A stretch of 34,729 bases of DNA from Planctomycetaceae bacterium (GTDB lineage: Bacteria > Planctomycetota > Planctomycetia > Planctomycetales > Planctomycetaceae): positions 1 to 34,729 of the forward strand of contig JAGQQB010000001.1 in NCBI GenBank assembly GCA_020426425.1, written 5' to 3'. Each line of letters starts with the position of its first letter. Position 1 is the stretch's first letter. The notes under the pieces were generated by a model, which had not been told where the DNA came from, did not search any database, and saw only the letters and a list, made by a program, of their open reading frames with translations. Shown here piece by piece: positions 16,588-23,576 of the stretch. The position numbers and the translations under genes were made by a program.

Positions 16588-18099
16588 ATGAACGAGCAAG
16601 GCTTAGAATTTCTGCCAGACGACGTGAAGGAGACACCCGAGCTCCTATCCGTATCTCCCGGTGCCCGATTGGCGTTACGGCTTTCCATGTCTCCGTGGTT
16701 ATGGGGCGCGGTGTTGACGTGTGGCGTCTATGGTGCGATCAACGTGTTGCCGGTCGGACGAGATCTAGCACAGCGGTACTTCTGCAACCATCCGCTCGAA
16801 TACGCGTTGGCCGCACTCTTCTGCGTCGGGCTCGCCATCATTCTTGCCAAGACGCTGACCAATCGCTGGGAATGGTCTGCGTTTCGCAAGGCACGACAAC
16901 TTCCGATCGACTCGAACGAAGTCCCCTATGCGGAACGCCTCGATCTGTTGAAGAGTCACGCCAGCCAGTTCACCACAAATCTGCACGAAACATACTGGGG
17001 GCACCGACTGGGGCACTTGTGGTCGTTCCTCAGCGGCAAACCTCGTGCTGATGGAATCGCCGACCATCTGAACTACCTCTCGGAATCGTCGCTGGATCGG
17101 CTCCATGCCAGCTACAGTTTGATGAATACCATCATCTGGGCGATTCCCATTGTCGGGTTTCTCGGAACCGTGATGGGGATCACGCTGGCGATCGCCAATA
17201 TCACTCCCGACCAACTGGAAACGTCGATGGGCGCGGTCACCGGCGGACTGGCGGTCGCGTTCGACACGACCGCAGTCGCGTTGACCTGGTCGCTCGTCCT
17301 CGGCTTCGCTTCTCTGTTCGTCAAACGAACGGAAGAACAGTTGCTCGCCGAGATCGACGAACAAACCCGCGTCGAAGTGAATCGCTGCTTCCCGGCGGAA
17401 CAAGCCGAGAGCCCCCTGTTGTTGGCGCAGAGCGATGCCGCCCGGCGCGTCATTCAGGAAACCGACGAACTGGTACGCCAGCAACGCGATCTGTGGCAGA
17501 CCGCTGTCGATGCATTCCGTAGTGACTGGTTCGAGACACTGCAGCGGCAACAGGCAGAGTTGGGCACATCGTTGAGCAATGCGACCGCCAGTGCTGCCGG
17601 GAGTCATGCGCAACAACTGCGTGAATTCCGCGATGAATTCGTCACGGCGTATCAGGCGGTGTCGGCATCGCTCGGAGCCGAACTGCGACAACTCGAAACG
17701 GGACGCGCGCTGTTCTCTGATCGGTTGAGTGCGACACTGGAGACATTCGATGATCGCCTGCGATCGGGGCTCGAACAGCAACTGGAGCAACAGCGGCAAG
17801 CCAACGAACAGACGACGGAACAGGTGGTCGGGCAGTTGACGCGTCTGGAAGATGCGATCACGCAGTGGCAATCTCAGTTCGCCGAGCTCTCTGCCGCCAG
17901 TCGCGAACATGCTCAGGAGTTGCGATCTCAAACCGACCTCCTATCGCAACTGGTCGGTCAGAAGTCGGAGCTGGCCGAACTGCAGTTGCGACTGACAGAC
18001 AATCTTCAAGCGGTCCGGTCCGCCGAGACATTCGACGAAACGCTGCACAATCTGACTGCTGCGGTGCATCTGCTCACGGCGCGCGCCCGGGCGGCTTAG
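16588..18099 (+). CDS. MotA/TolQ/ExbB-family proton-channel protein with about 245-aa C-terminal coiled-coil tail
   Basis: Four predicted TM helices. The TM3-TM4 region (about 17149-17352) reads IWAIPIVGFLGTVMGITLAI...MGAVTGGLAVAFDTTAVALTWSLVLGF. This matches the family signature (P.vGLlGTV.GM ... GIa.AL.tTa.GL). Residues about 256-503 are continuous Q/E/R/L-rich helix. Confidence 0.85.
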   Translation: MNEQGLEFLPDDVKETPELLSVSPGARLALRLSMSPWLWGAVLTCGVYGAINVLPVGRDLAQRYFCNHPLEYALAALFCVGLAIILAKTLTNRWEWSAFRKARQLPIDSNEVPYAERLDLLKSHASQFTTNLHETYWGHRLGHLWSFLSGKPRADGIADHLNYLSESSLDRLHASYSLMNTIIWAIPIVGFLGTVMGITLAIANITPDQLETSMGAVTGGLAVAFDTTAVALTWSLVLGFASLFVKRTEEQLLAEIDEQTRVEVNRCFPAEQAESPLLLAQSDAARRVIQETDELVRQQRDLWQTAVDAFRSDWFETLQRQQAELGTSLSNATASAAGSHAQQLREFRDEFVTAYQAVSASLGAELRQLETGRALFSDRLSATLETFDDRLRSGLEQQLEQQRQANEQTTEQVVGQLTRLEDAITQWQSQFAELSAASREHAQELRSQTDLLSQLVGQKSELAELQLRLTDNLQAVRSAETFDETLHNLTAAVHLLTARARAA

Positions 18100-18141
18100 T
18101 CGCCTTTCGCGTTGTCCGCACGTTCCTGATGGTTCCACTCC

Positions 18142-20409
18142 TTGAAACGCCGCCGTTCAGAACTGTCATTCACGCTGTTCCCCTTTCTGGCCGTGCTGAT
18201 GTGTACGATGGGGGCGCTGGTGCTATTGTTGCTCGTCACCACGCGTCAAATGCGGGAACGAGCCGTCGAGCAGCAGCAACAGCAGGCCCGCGCGGTCGCA
18301 GGCGCAGAGTCGTATGTACCCATCGTCGTTCCGCATGTCGCCGGGCTCCCGGCAGCTGACGAACCCATCCCACTTGAGGGCGTATCACCACCGGAGTTGA
18401 GCCCAATTGAGGCCGCCGTCGAAACCGCATCCCCACTTCCGGTGACTGCTGATCATCCACTCCTTCCCGAACTCGTTGATGATCCTCCCGCGACGGGTCC
18501 CTCCGCCGCAGAATTAGCCCGTCAGGCTTATGAACGCCAACGATCCCAGCGTGCAGCGGAACTGACTCAGCTGCGTGAAGAATGGGAACAGCAGGTGCGG
18601 GAACTGATGCGGCAACGCGATCGCTCTGCCCGCGATCTTGCCCGCTCCAAGGAACTGGTTGGGACAGAGCAGCAACGCGTCGAGCAACTCCGTCGCGATC
18701 AGCAGATGATCGCCACCAAACTGCAACAACTCGTGAAAGAGCGACAAGGCCAACAGCAACTCCAATCAGCGCTACTGCAGGAACAACAACGCGCGGAGCA
18801 GGCTTTGGAGCAGATCAAGTCGCTGGAGAAGCACGCACAATCCAGAACGCTGGAGCCGAAGACGCGCCTGTCGGTCATGTCCCATGGCGGTCAATCGGGC
18901 ACGCAACGGCGGGCGATCATGATCGAATGCAGAGCAAACGAGATTCGCTTCGCCAGTGAGGGGGTCTCGCTCACAAGCCAGCAACTCTCCGGATTCACCC
19001 CGGACTACAATCCGCTGCAACTGGGCGCCGAAGTGCTGCGCCGCTACTGGGCGCAGCGTGATTCGGATCGCGGTGACGAAGCAGATCCATATGTGCTGCT
19101 CGTCGTCCGCCCCGATGGAACCGAAGCGTTTTATGTCGCCCAAATGCTGCTTGCCAAGGTCAAGGTCGAAGGGGGCTACGAACTGGTCCTGCAGGACGAA
19201 CAGATTGTTTGGCCCGAGGCCGATCCTGAGGCGGCTGCGATTTGTCGACAGGCGGTCGAACAGATGCTCGCGGAGCGGGAACGGATCGTGGCTAAGGTTC
19301 GCAATGGACGACTGCCCGTCCATGGTGAACTGGATTTCGTTGGTCCCGATGGTGGATTTCGATTGCAGGAGGTGGAGCGGCTGCGGAACGCCGACGATCC
19401 GTACGCGATCGCGAATCCGACCTGGGCCAACCCACATCGACGCTCACTCGATGTCGACTGGCGCAGCACGCAGGGACGCCGCGTGTTTACTCCGCGCTCG
19501 GAACCAGAATGGTCCGCCAGTCGGGGACCGTCGCTGGATCACCCAGGATCGTCGGACGCAGCGATCCAGGGCGGTGGTAAAGCGGGGAGCGGTCCCGGTT
19601 CGCTGGGAAGCGAATCCATCGAGTCGACCGATGGGAATCCATTCGCACGTCCCCTCCAGCGCGGCTCGGTAGCGGGTGGCTCGTCACAAGGTCCATCGGG
19701 AAGTGGTCACGAATCTGGCACAGGGACTGAGGCTGGGGGAGGAACGATCGTGCCTCCCGATCCTGATGCTCAATTCGGGAACGCTCACCAGACGGGAACC
19801 GCAGCACTCGATCCAACTCGTCTGCGGTCGAATGACAATTCTCGCACGAATCCAGGAACCGAGTCGTCGACCGCATCCGGCGAACCAGGGAGGCCGGGCC
19901 AACGAGTCACTCCGGGGATGGCCCCGCCGCATCCTGGGGCGGCCGGAAGCCGTGCACCGGGATCTGGAAGCATGTCGGGAGAATCGTCGCCAATCCCCCT
20001 GCCTCAGTCGACGCCATCCAATGTGCCACCAGGACAGGCAGCTGGCGATCCGAATGAATGGCTGAATGATGGGGGTCGCAATCGTAGATGGGGGGCACCG
20101 CCGCGATCCAATGCCATTGGCTTGGAACGAGACGTCGTCCTGGACGTCTGGACTGATGCGGTGGCACTCGAAGGAGCGGAACAGCGAACCCAACTTGAGG
20201 CGGCGATCGCGCGACAGGACCTGCAGCGACTGGTCGCGGCACTCATCGAAGAACAGATTGCCGACTGGGGACCGGCACCGGCTTCATTCATGTGGCGACC
20301 GACGCTCCGGGTGCGCATCCATCCTGGCGGTCATGTGCATAGTGGTCGCATCGGCGAAGTGGCACGCCATTGGGGCTTTCGCATGCAGACCGAGACGTTG
20401 TTGGAGTAA
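18142..20409 (+). CDS. single-pass membrane protein (755 aa) with ExbD/TolR-like N-terminal anchor (Asp replaced by Ala), Pro-rich spacer, Q-rich coiled coil, two alpha/beta modules and a Gly/Ser/Pro-rich disordered tract
   Basis: TTG start at 18142; no in-frame ATG precedes the TM helix. The N-terminus MKRRRSELSFTLFPFLAVLMCTMGALVLLLLV aligns without gaps to the N-terminus of the next gene. The coiled coil spans about residues 120-235. The low-complexity tract lies at about 19500-20100. The gene starts 42 nt after the upstream stop. Confidence 0.8.
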   Translation: MKRRRSELSFTLFPFLAVLMCTMGALVLLLLVTTRQMRERAVEQQQQQARAVAGAESYVPIVVPHVAGLPAADEPIPLEGVSPPELSPIEAAVETASPLPVTADHPLLPELVDDPPATGPSAAELARQAYERQRSQRAAELTQLREEWEQQVRELMRQRDRSARDLARSKELVGTEQQRVEQLRRDQQMIATKLQQLVKERQGQQQLQSALLQEQQRAEQALEQIKSLEKHAQSRTLEPKTRLSVMSHGGQSGTQRRAIMIECRANEIRFASEGVSLTSQQLSGFTPDYNPLQLGAEVLRRYWAQRDSDRGDEADPYVLLVVRPDGTEAFYVAQMLLAKVKVEGGYELVLQDEQIVWPEADPEAAAICRQAVEQMLAERERIVAKVRNGRLPVHGELDFVGPDGGFRLQEVERLRNADDPYAIANPTWANPHRRSLDVDWRSTQGRRVFTPRSEPEWSASRGPSLDHPGSSDAAIQGGGKAGSGPGSLGSESIESTDGNPFARPLQRGSVAGGSSQGPSGSGHESGTGTEAGGGTIVPPDPDAQFGNAHQTGTAALDPTRLRSNDNSRTNPGTESSTASGEPGRPGQRVTPGMAPPHPGAAGSRAPGSGSMSGESSPIPLPQSTPSNVPPGQAAGDPNEWLNDGGRNRRWGAPPRSNAIGLERDVVLDVWTDAVALEGAEQRTQLEAAIARQDLQRLVAALIEEQIADWGPAPASFMWRPTLRVRIHPGGHVHSGRIGEVARHWGFRMQTETLLE

Positions 20410-20412
20410 CCG

Positions 20413-21597
20413 ATGGCCCGCAGACACAGCTCCGATGAGATCGCATTCAGTTCCGATTCGTTCCTCGACATTGTCGCGAACATGGTCGGCATTCTGATCA
20501 TTCTGATCGTGATCGCTGGCGTTCGCGTGAGCCGCGCGCCGGTCGTACTGCCGGTGATCGAGAACACGTACGATCTCGCCGCACTGCCGCATCCCGACTT
20601 CAGCGACCCGCCCATCGTGCAACAGATTATCGTCGCCGATCCACAGGTTGTCGGCGAACTGACCGATCCGGAACCACCAGTTGAGACACCGTTCGTCAGT
20701 ACGCCACCACCCAAACCGGCTCCCGAACCAGAACCGATTCCGGTCTTTCCGCCATTGCCGGAGCTGCATCCTCCAGCGGATCTCGTCATGACCGCCAAGG
20801 ATCTGGGCGCCGAACTCGAACGCCTCCAGGCCGCCCAATCAGGAGAGGAGCAGCAGTTTCAGGAATTGCAAACGTCTCAGCGTGCCTTGGTTGAAGCGCT
20901 GCAACAGCAGCGAAGCGAGGTGGCCATGTTGACACAGCAAGTCGACTCCATGTCCCAGACCAGTCAGGAGGTCACAACCGAATTGCGTTCGCGTCAACTG
21001 GCGGTGTCGCAGGCGCAGCAACGATTGGCACAAGTCCAGTCAGCCGAATCGCCAACGAAAGAACTGAAACACCAGATGACGCCGGTCTCCAAGGTGGTTA
21101 CCGGGAAAGAGGTCTTCTTTCGGTTGGCAGAGAATCGCGTTTCGTACCTGCCAATGATGGAACTCGCGGAACTGCAAGCGCAGGATTTGCAGCGTCGCCG
21201 CACGGCGCTGCTGGTTGGGCAGTTGTATCAGGGGAAGGTTGGACCGGCGCAAGGTTACGAACTGGCGTACATTGCCCAGTTGGAGGAACGCTCGTTCGCC
21301 GAGGAACTCGGCGGAGGTCGCCGCGTGGGCATCAGCTGGATGCTGCGCCCGCATGTGACATTGCACACGGAGTCGGTCGACGAAGCACTCCGTCCGGGCT
21401 CTCGTTTCATGCAGGCGTTGGCTGATGCTGGTCCCACAGCAACCGTCACCTTCTGGGTTTATCCGGACAGCTTCGAGATTCATCGCCGACTCAAACAGTA
21501 TGCCGAAGAGACCGGTTACTGGATTGCCACCCGACCGATGCCGTTCGACGTACCGATCGCCGGCACACCGGACGGATCGCGCTCGCGAGCGCAGTAG
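20413..21597 (+). CDS. single-pass membrane protein (394 aa) with ExbD/TolR-like anchor retaining the conserved Asp, Pro-rich spacer, coiled coil and C-terminal alpha/beta module
   Basis: ATG at 20413 is 3 nt after the upstream TAA (20407-20409). The N-terminus DEIAFSSDSFLDIVANMVGILIILIVIAG resembles the ExbD/TolR motif (..TPLIDVvfvLLiFF), with Asp19 encoded at 20467-20469. PPPKPAPEPEPIP is the spacer and the coiled coil spans about residues 130-215. Confidence 0.85.
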   Translation: MARRHSSDEIAFSSDSFLDIVANMVGILIILIVIAGVRVSRAPVVLPVIENTYDLAALPHPDFSDPPIVQQIIVADPQVVGELTDPEPPVETPFVSTPPPKPAPEPEPIPVFPPLPELHPPADLVMTAKDLGAELERLQAAQSGEEQQFQELQTSQRALVEALQQQRSEVAMLTQQVDSMSQTSQEVTTELRSRQLAVSQAQQRLAQVQSAESPTKELKHQMTPVSKVVTGKEVFFRLAENRVSYLPMMELAELQAQDLQRRRTALLVGQLYQGKVGPAQGYELAYIAQLEERSFAEELGGGRRVGISWMLRPHVTLHTESVDEALRPGSRFMQALADAGPTATVTFWVYPDSFEIHRRLKQYAEETGYWIATRPMPFDVPIAGTPDGSRSRAQ

Positions 21598-21735
21598 CCC
21601 CAACTCCGTTTGTGAGTGGTCCCCGATCGCCAGCAGTCGATAGGATGCGTCAACCGCGTGACAAGTCCCTGCATCGGCTGGTTGCGTTCAGCAATCTTTC
21701 TCCTCTGCCCGTGGCCCGTCGGCCGGACCGAAACC

Positions 21736-22647
21736 ATGTCGCTCCCCACTCCAGGTACCCCGCCCGATCCTCAGCGTGTGGGAGAACTGTTTCGCAAATT
21801 CTGCGATGTCATCGCCCGGCTGCGAGCTCCAGATGGTTGCCCGTGGGATCGTCAGCAGACACTGGCGACCATCAAGCCGTATACGCTCGAAGAGACCTAC
21901 GAGCTACTCGAAGCGATCGACTCCGGCGATGATCACGCGATCGTCGAAGAACTGGGCGATGTGCTGCTGCAGGTGGTGCTCGATGCACAGATCGGGGCGG
22001 ATGAAGGTCGGTTCGACATCGTTGAGGTATTGGAGGGGATCACCGCGAAGATGATTCATCGGCATCCTCACGTGTTTGGGGATGTCCGTGTCAGCGATGC
22101 CTCCGAAGTGCGACAGCACTGGGATCAGGCAAAGGCGGCGGAGGCGGCCAAGCAGGAACGAACATCCGCGCTCGATGGCATTCCCGACGCGCTCCCCGCG
22201 CTGGCCCGAGCCGCGCGGCTCTCGAAAAAGGCCGCACGCGTCGGTTACGACTTTCCCCACCGAGCGATGCTGTTCGACAAACTGCGGGAGGAAATCGAGG
22301 AATTGCGTGCGGAACTCGATCCACAAGGGAACATGCCCGAGATTCCCGCAGCGGTCGACATGGCACCGGTCCCCGATGAACCAATCGACGATGCCGCGCG
22401 TCGAGACCGCATCGAAGGGGAACTGGGAGATGTCCTGTTCGTGGTTGCCAACATCGCCCGCCGCTGGGACGTCAATCCGGAAGAAGCTCTCCGCCGAGCC
22501 AATCGCAAATTCTCCCGGCGCTTCCAGCATATCGAAGCGGGATTGCAGGCGTTGAATAAGACGATCCGCGACGCCACCTTGCAGGAGATGGAGGCACTCT
22601 ATCAAGAGTGCAAGGTGTTGGAGCGGAAAGGGGGGAATAGGGAGTAG
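21736..22647 (+). CDS. mazG: nucleoside triphosphate pyrophosphohydrolase MazG (tandem MazG domains)
   Basis: [33 protein letters not shown] and [12 protein letters not shown], followed by [11 protein letters not shown]. The second domain carries [37 protein letters not shown]. Start set at ATG 21736, since the 40-aa extension from GTG 21616 looks non-protein-like. Confidence 0.9.
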   Translation: MSLPTPGTPPDPQRVGELFRKFCDVIARLRAPDGCPWDRQQTLATIKPYTLEETYELLEAIDSGDDHAIVEELGDVLLQVVLDAQIGADEGRFDIVEVLEGITAKMIHRHPHVFGDVRVSDASEVRQHWDQAKAAEAAKQERTSALDGIPDALPALARAARLSKKAARVGYDFPHRAMLFDKLREEIEELRAELDPQGNMPEIPAAVDMAPVPDEPIDDAARRDRIEGELGDVLFVVANIARRWDVNPEEALRRANRKFSRRFQHIEAGLQALNKTIRDATLQEMEALYQECKVLERKGGNRE

Positions 22648-22652
22648 GTGAT

Positions 22653-22738
22653 GGGGAGTCGGGAGTGGGGAGTAGAGTCTTCTGTCTCATTTTGCGCGCG
22701 CAGCACGCGCGAAGTCAGACTCCCAGACCCCAGACCCC
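22653..22738. repeat. interrupted inverted repeat: G-run arm (GGGGAGTCGGGAGTGGGGAGT) versus C-run arm (ACTCCCAGACCCCAGACCCC) flanking an all-GC mini-hairpin; probable convergent-gene terminator region
   Basis: By hand pairing, 13 Watson-Crick pairs plus 1 wobble out of 20 positions between 22653-22672 and 22719-22738. The central segment GCGCGCGCAGCACGCGCG (about 22694-22711) is self-complementary. It lies between the mazG stop (22647) and the minus-strand gene stop (22820). Confidence 0.45.
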
Positions 22739-22819
22739 TCGCGGCCATTCCGTGGAACAATGCTCTTTGGTTGCGGCCACACGGCCGCGTTGGGTCGTGG
22801 GAACGTAGCCGTTCGTCTG

Positions 22820-23473
22820 CTACTTGACGAGGTTCAGCCGTATCCAGTCCGCGGCTGAATCCGCTGGTTGCAGTGCTCCAGCCGTCCGTGCGTTCCGCTG
22901 CTGCAGACGGGCGAGCTGTCGGGTCACGATGGAGGTTTCAATGCTCTCGTCCTCGGTCATCCCCACGGACTCCAGTATGGTCTGGAGGTTCTGCATGGGG
23001 GCAAACATTGGATGGTCAACTGCCGATTGCACGACCACTCCACCCGCCGCTGGCAGACCGGCTTCCAAACGATGCAGCGGTTCATCGCCCGCTGCGTGAG
23101 GATGATGTTCCGTCGCCATAACGGTGACTTCCAGCGGCGGACCGGGCGGATCAAGTTGCGGATCCAAATTCGGAACATCCTTGCTTGGCAGCAACCAGAT
23201 GCGGCCTGGGCCCGATGCAAACGGTTCGCGCAGCTCGCGCCAGTCGCGAGGTTGCCAGTCCTCGAATTCCAACTCTTGCTGGTCCAGCCACTGCGTGATC
23301 TGTTCCCAGCGCTGCGGGAAATGCGCGACGAGAATGACGTGTCGACCGCACCCCAACTCCGTGTCGAGTTCCTTCCGCAGATTGGCCCACAGCGCCGCGT
23401 CGCTAAACCAAACCCGGTCCAGCACCTGTGGCGTTGGTTGCTTCGCACCGAACAGCCAGTCCCAAAGTCCCAT
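22820..23473 (-). CDS. hypothetical protein (217 aa)
   Basis: GGAGG (complement of 23482-23486) lies 8 nt before ATG 23473. The frame has G/C-rich third positions and a balanced acidic/Trp-rich composition (MGLWDWLFGAK...). The plus-strand ORFs over the same DNA are Arg/Ser-rich shadows. No family recognised. Confidence 0.7.
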   Translation of the reverse strand: MGLWDWLFGAKQPTPQVLDRVWFSDAALWANLRKELDTELGCGRHVILVAHFPQRWEQITQWLDQQELEFEDWQPRDWRELREPFASGPGRIWLLPSKDVPNLDPQLDPPGPPLEVTVMATEHHPHAAGDEPLHRLEAGLPAAGGVVVQSAVDHPMFAPMQNLQTILESVGMTEDESIETSIVTRQLARLQQRNARTAGALQPADSAADWIRLNLVK

Positions 23474-23514
23474 GTTTCAAGCCTCCAGGTCGTGCCCAGT
23501 GCCCCCAATGCAAA

Positions 23515-23545
23515 CGGGGCGTTTCGCCCCATGCGAAACACCCCG
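23515..23545 (-). terminator. intrinsic terminator downstream of secDF
   Basis: On the minus-strand RNA: CGGGGUGUUUCGC-AUGGG-GCGAAACGCCCCG, followed by UUUGCAUU. This is a 13-bp stem including one G-U. On the plus strand the same position is a C-A mismatch, so the structure is better on the minus strand. It starts about 30 nt after the secDF stop (23577-23579). Confidence 0.6.
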
Positions 23546-23576
23546 CAGATTCATTCGATGTTCAACGCACTCACAA

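Noticed and set aside
16765-17931. 388-aa minus-strand ORF antisense to the MotA/ExbB-like gene
   Set aside because: It is an Arg/Gln/Leu-rich mirror of the coiled-coil codons with no motifs. The plus frame carries a clear family signature. This is a typical shadow ORF of GC-rich DNA.
19176-20838. Cluster of overlapping ORFs in several frames over the Gly/Ser/Pro-rich tract and the ORF2/ORF3 junction
   Set aside because: Low-complexity GC-rich DNA keeps several frames open. Only the 18142..20409 and 20413..21597 frames give a coherent domain architecture and tight start/stop coupling.
16588-21597. Calling the operon a Zorya anti-phage system
   Set aside because: Only the tailed MotA-like subunit resembles ZorA. 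There is no ZorB-type OmpA/peptidoglycan-binding domain. No ZorC/ZorD/ZorE-like helicase or nuclease effector is adjacent. The flanks are housekeeping genes rather than a defence island.
21736-22647. MazG as an effector of the upstream motor-like operon (nucleotide-depletion idea)
   Set aside because: It has the canonical housekeeping tandem-domain MazG architecture and is separated by a 138-nt spacer. Nothing in the sequence ties it to the operon beyond co-orientation.
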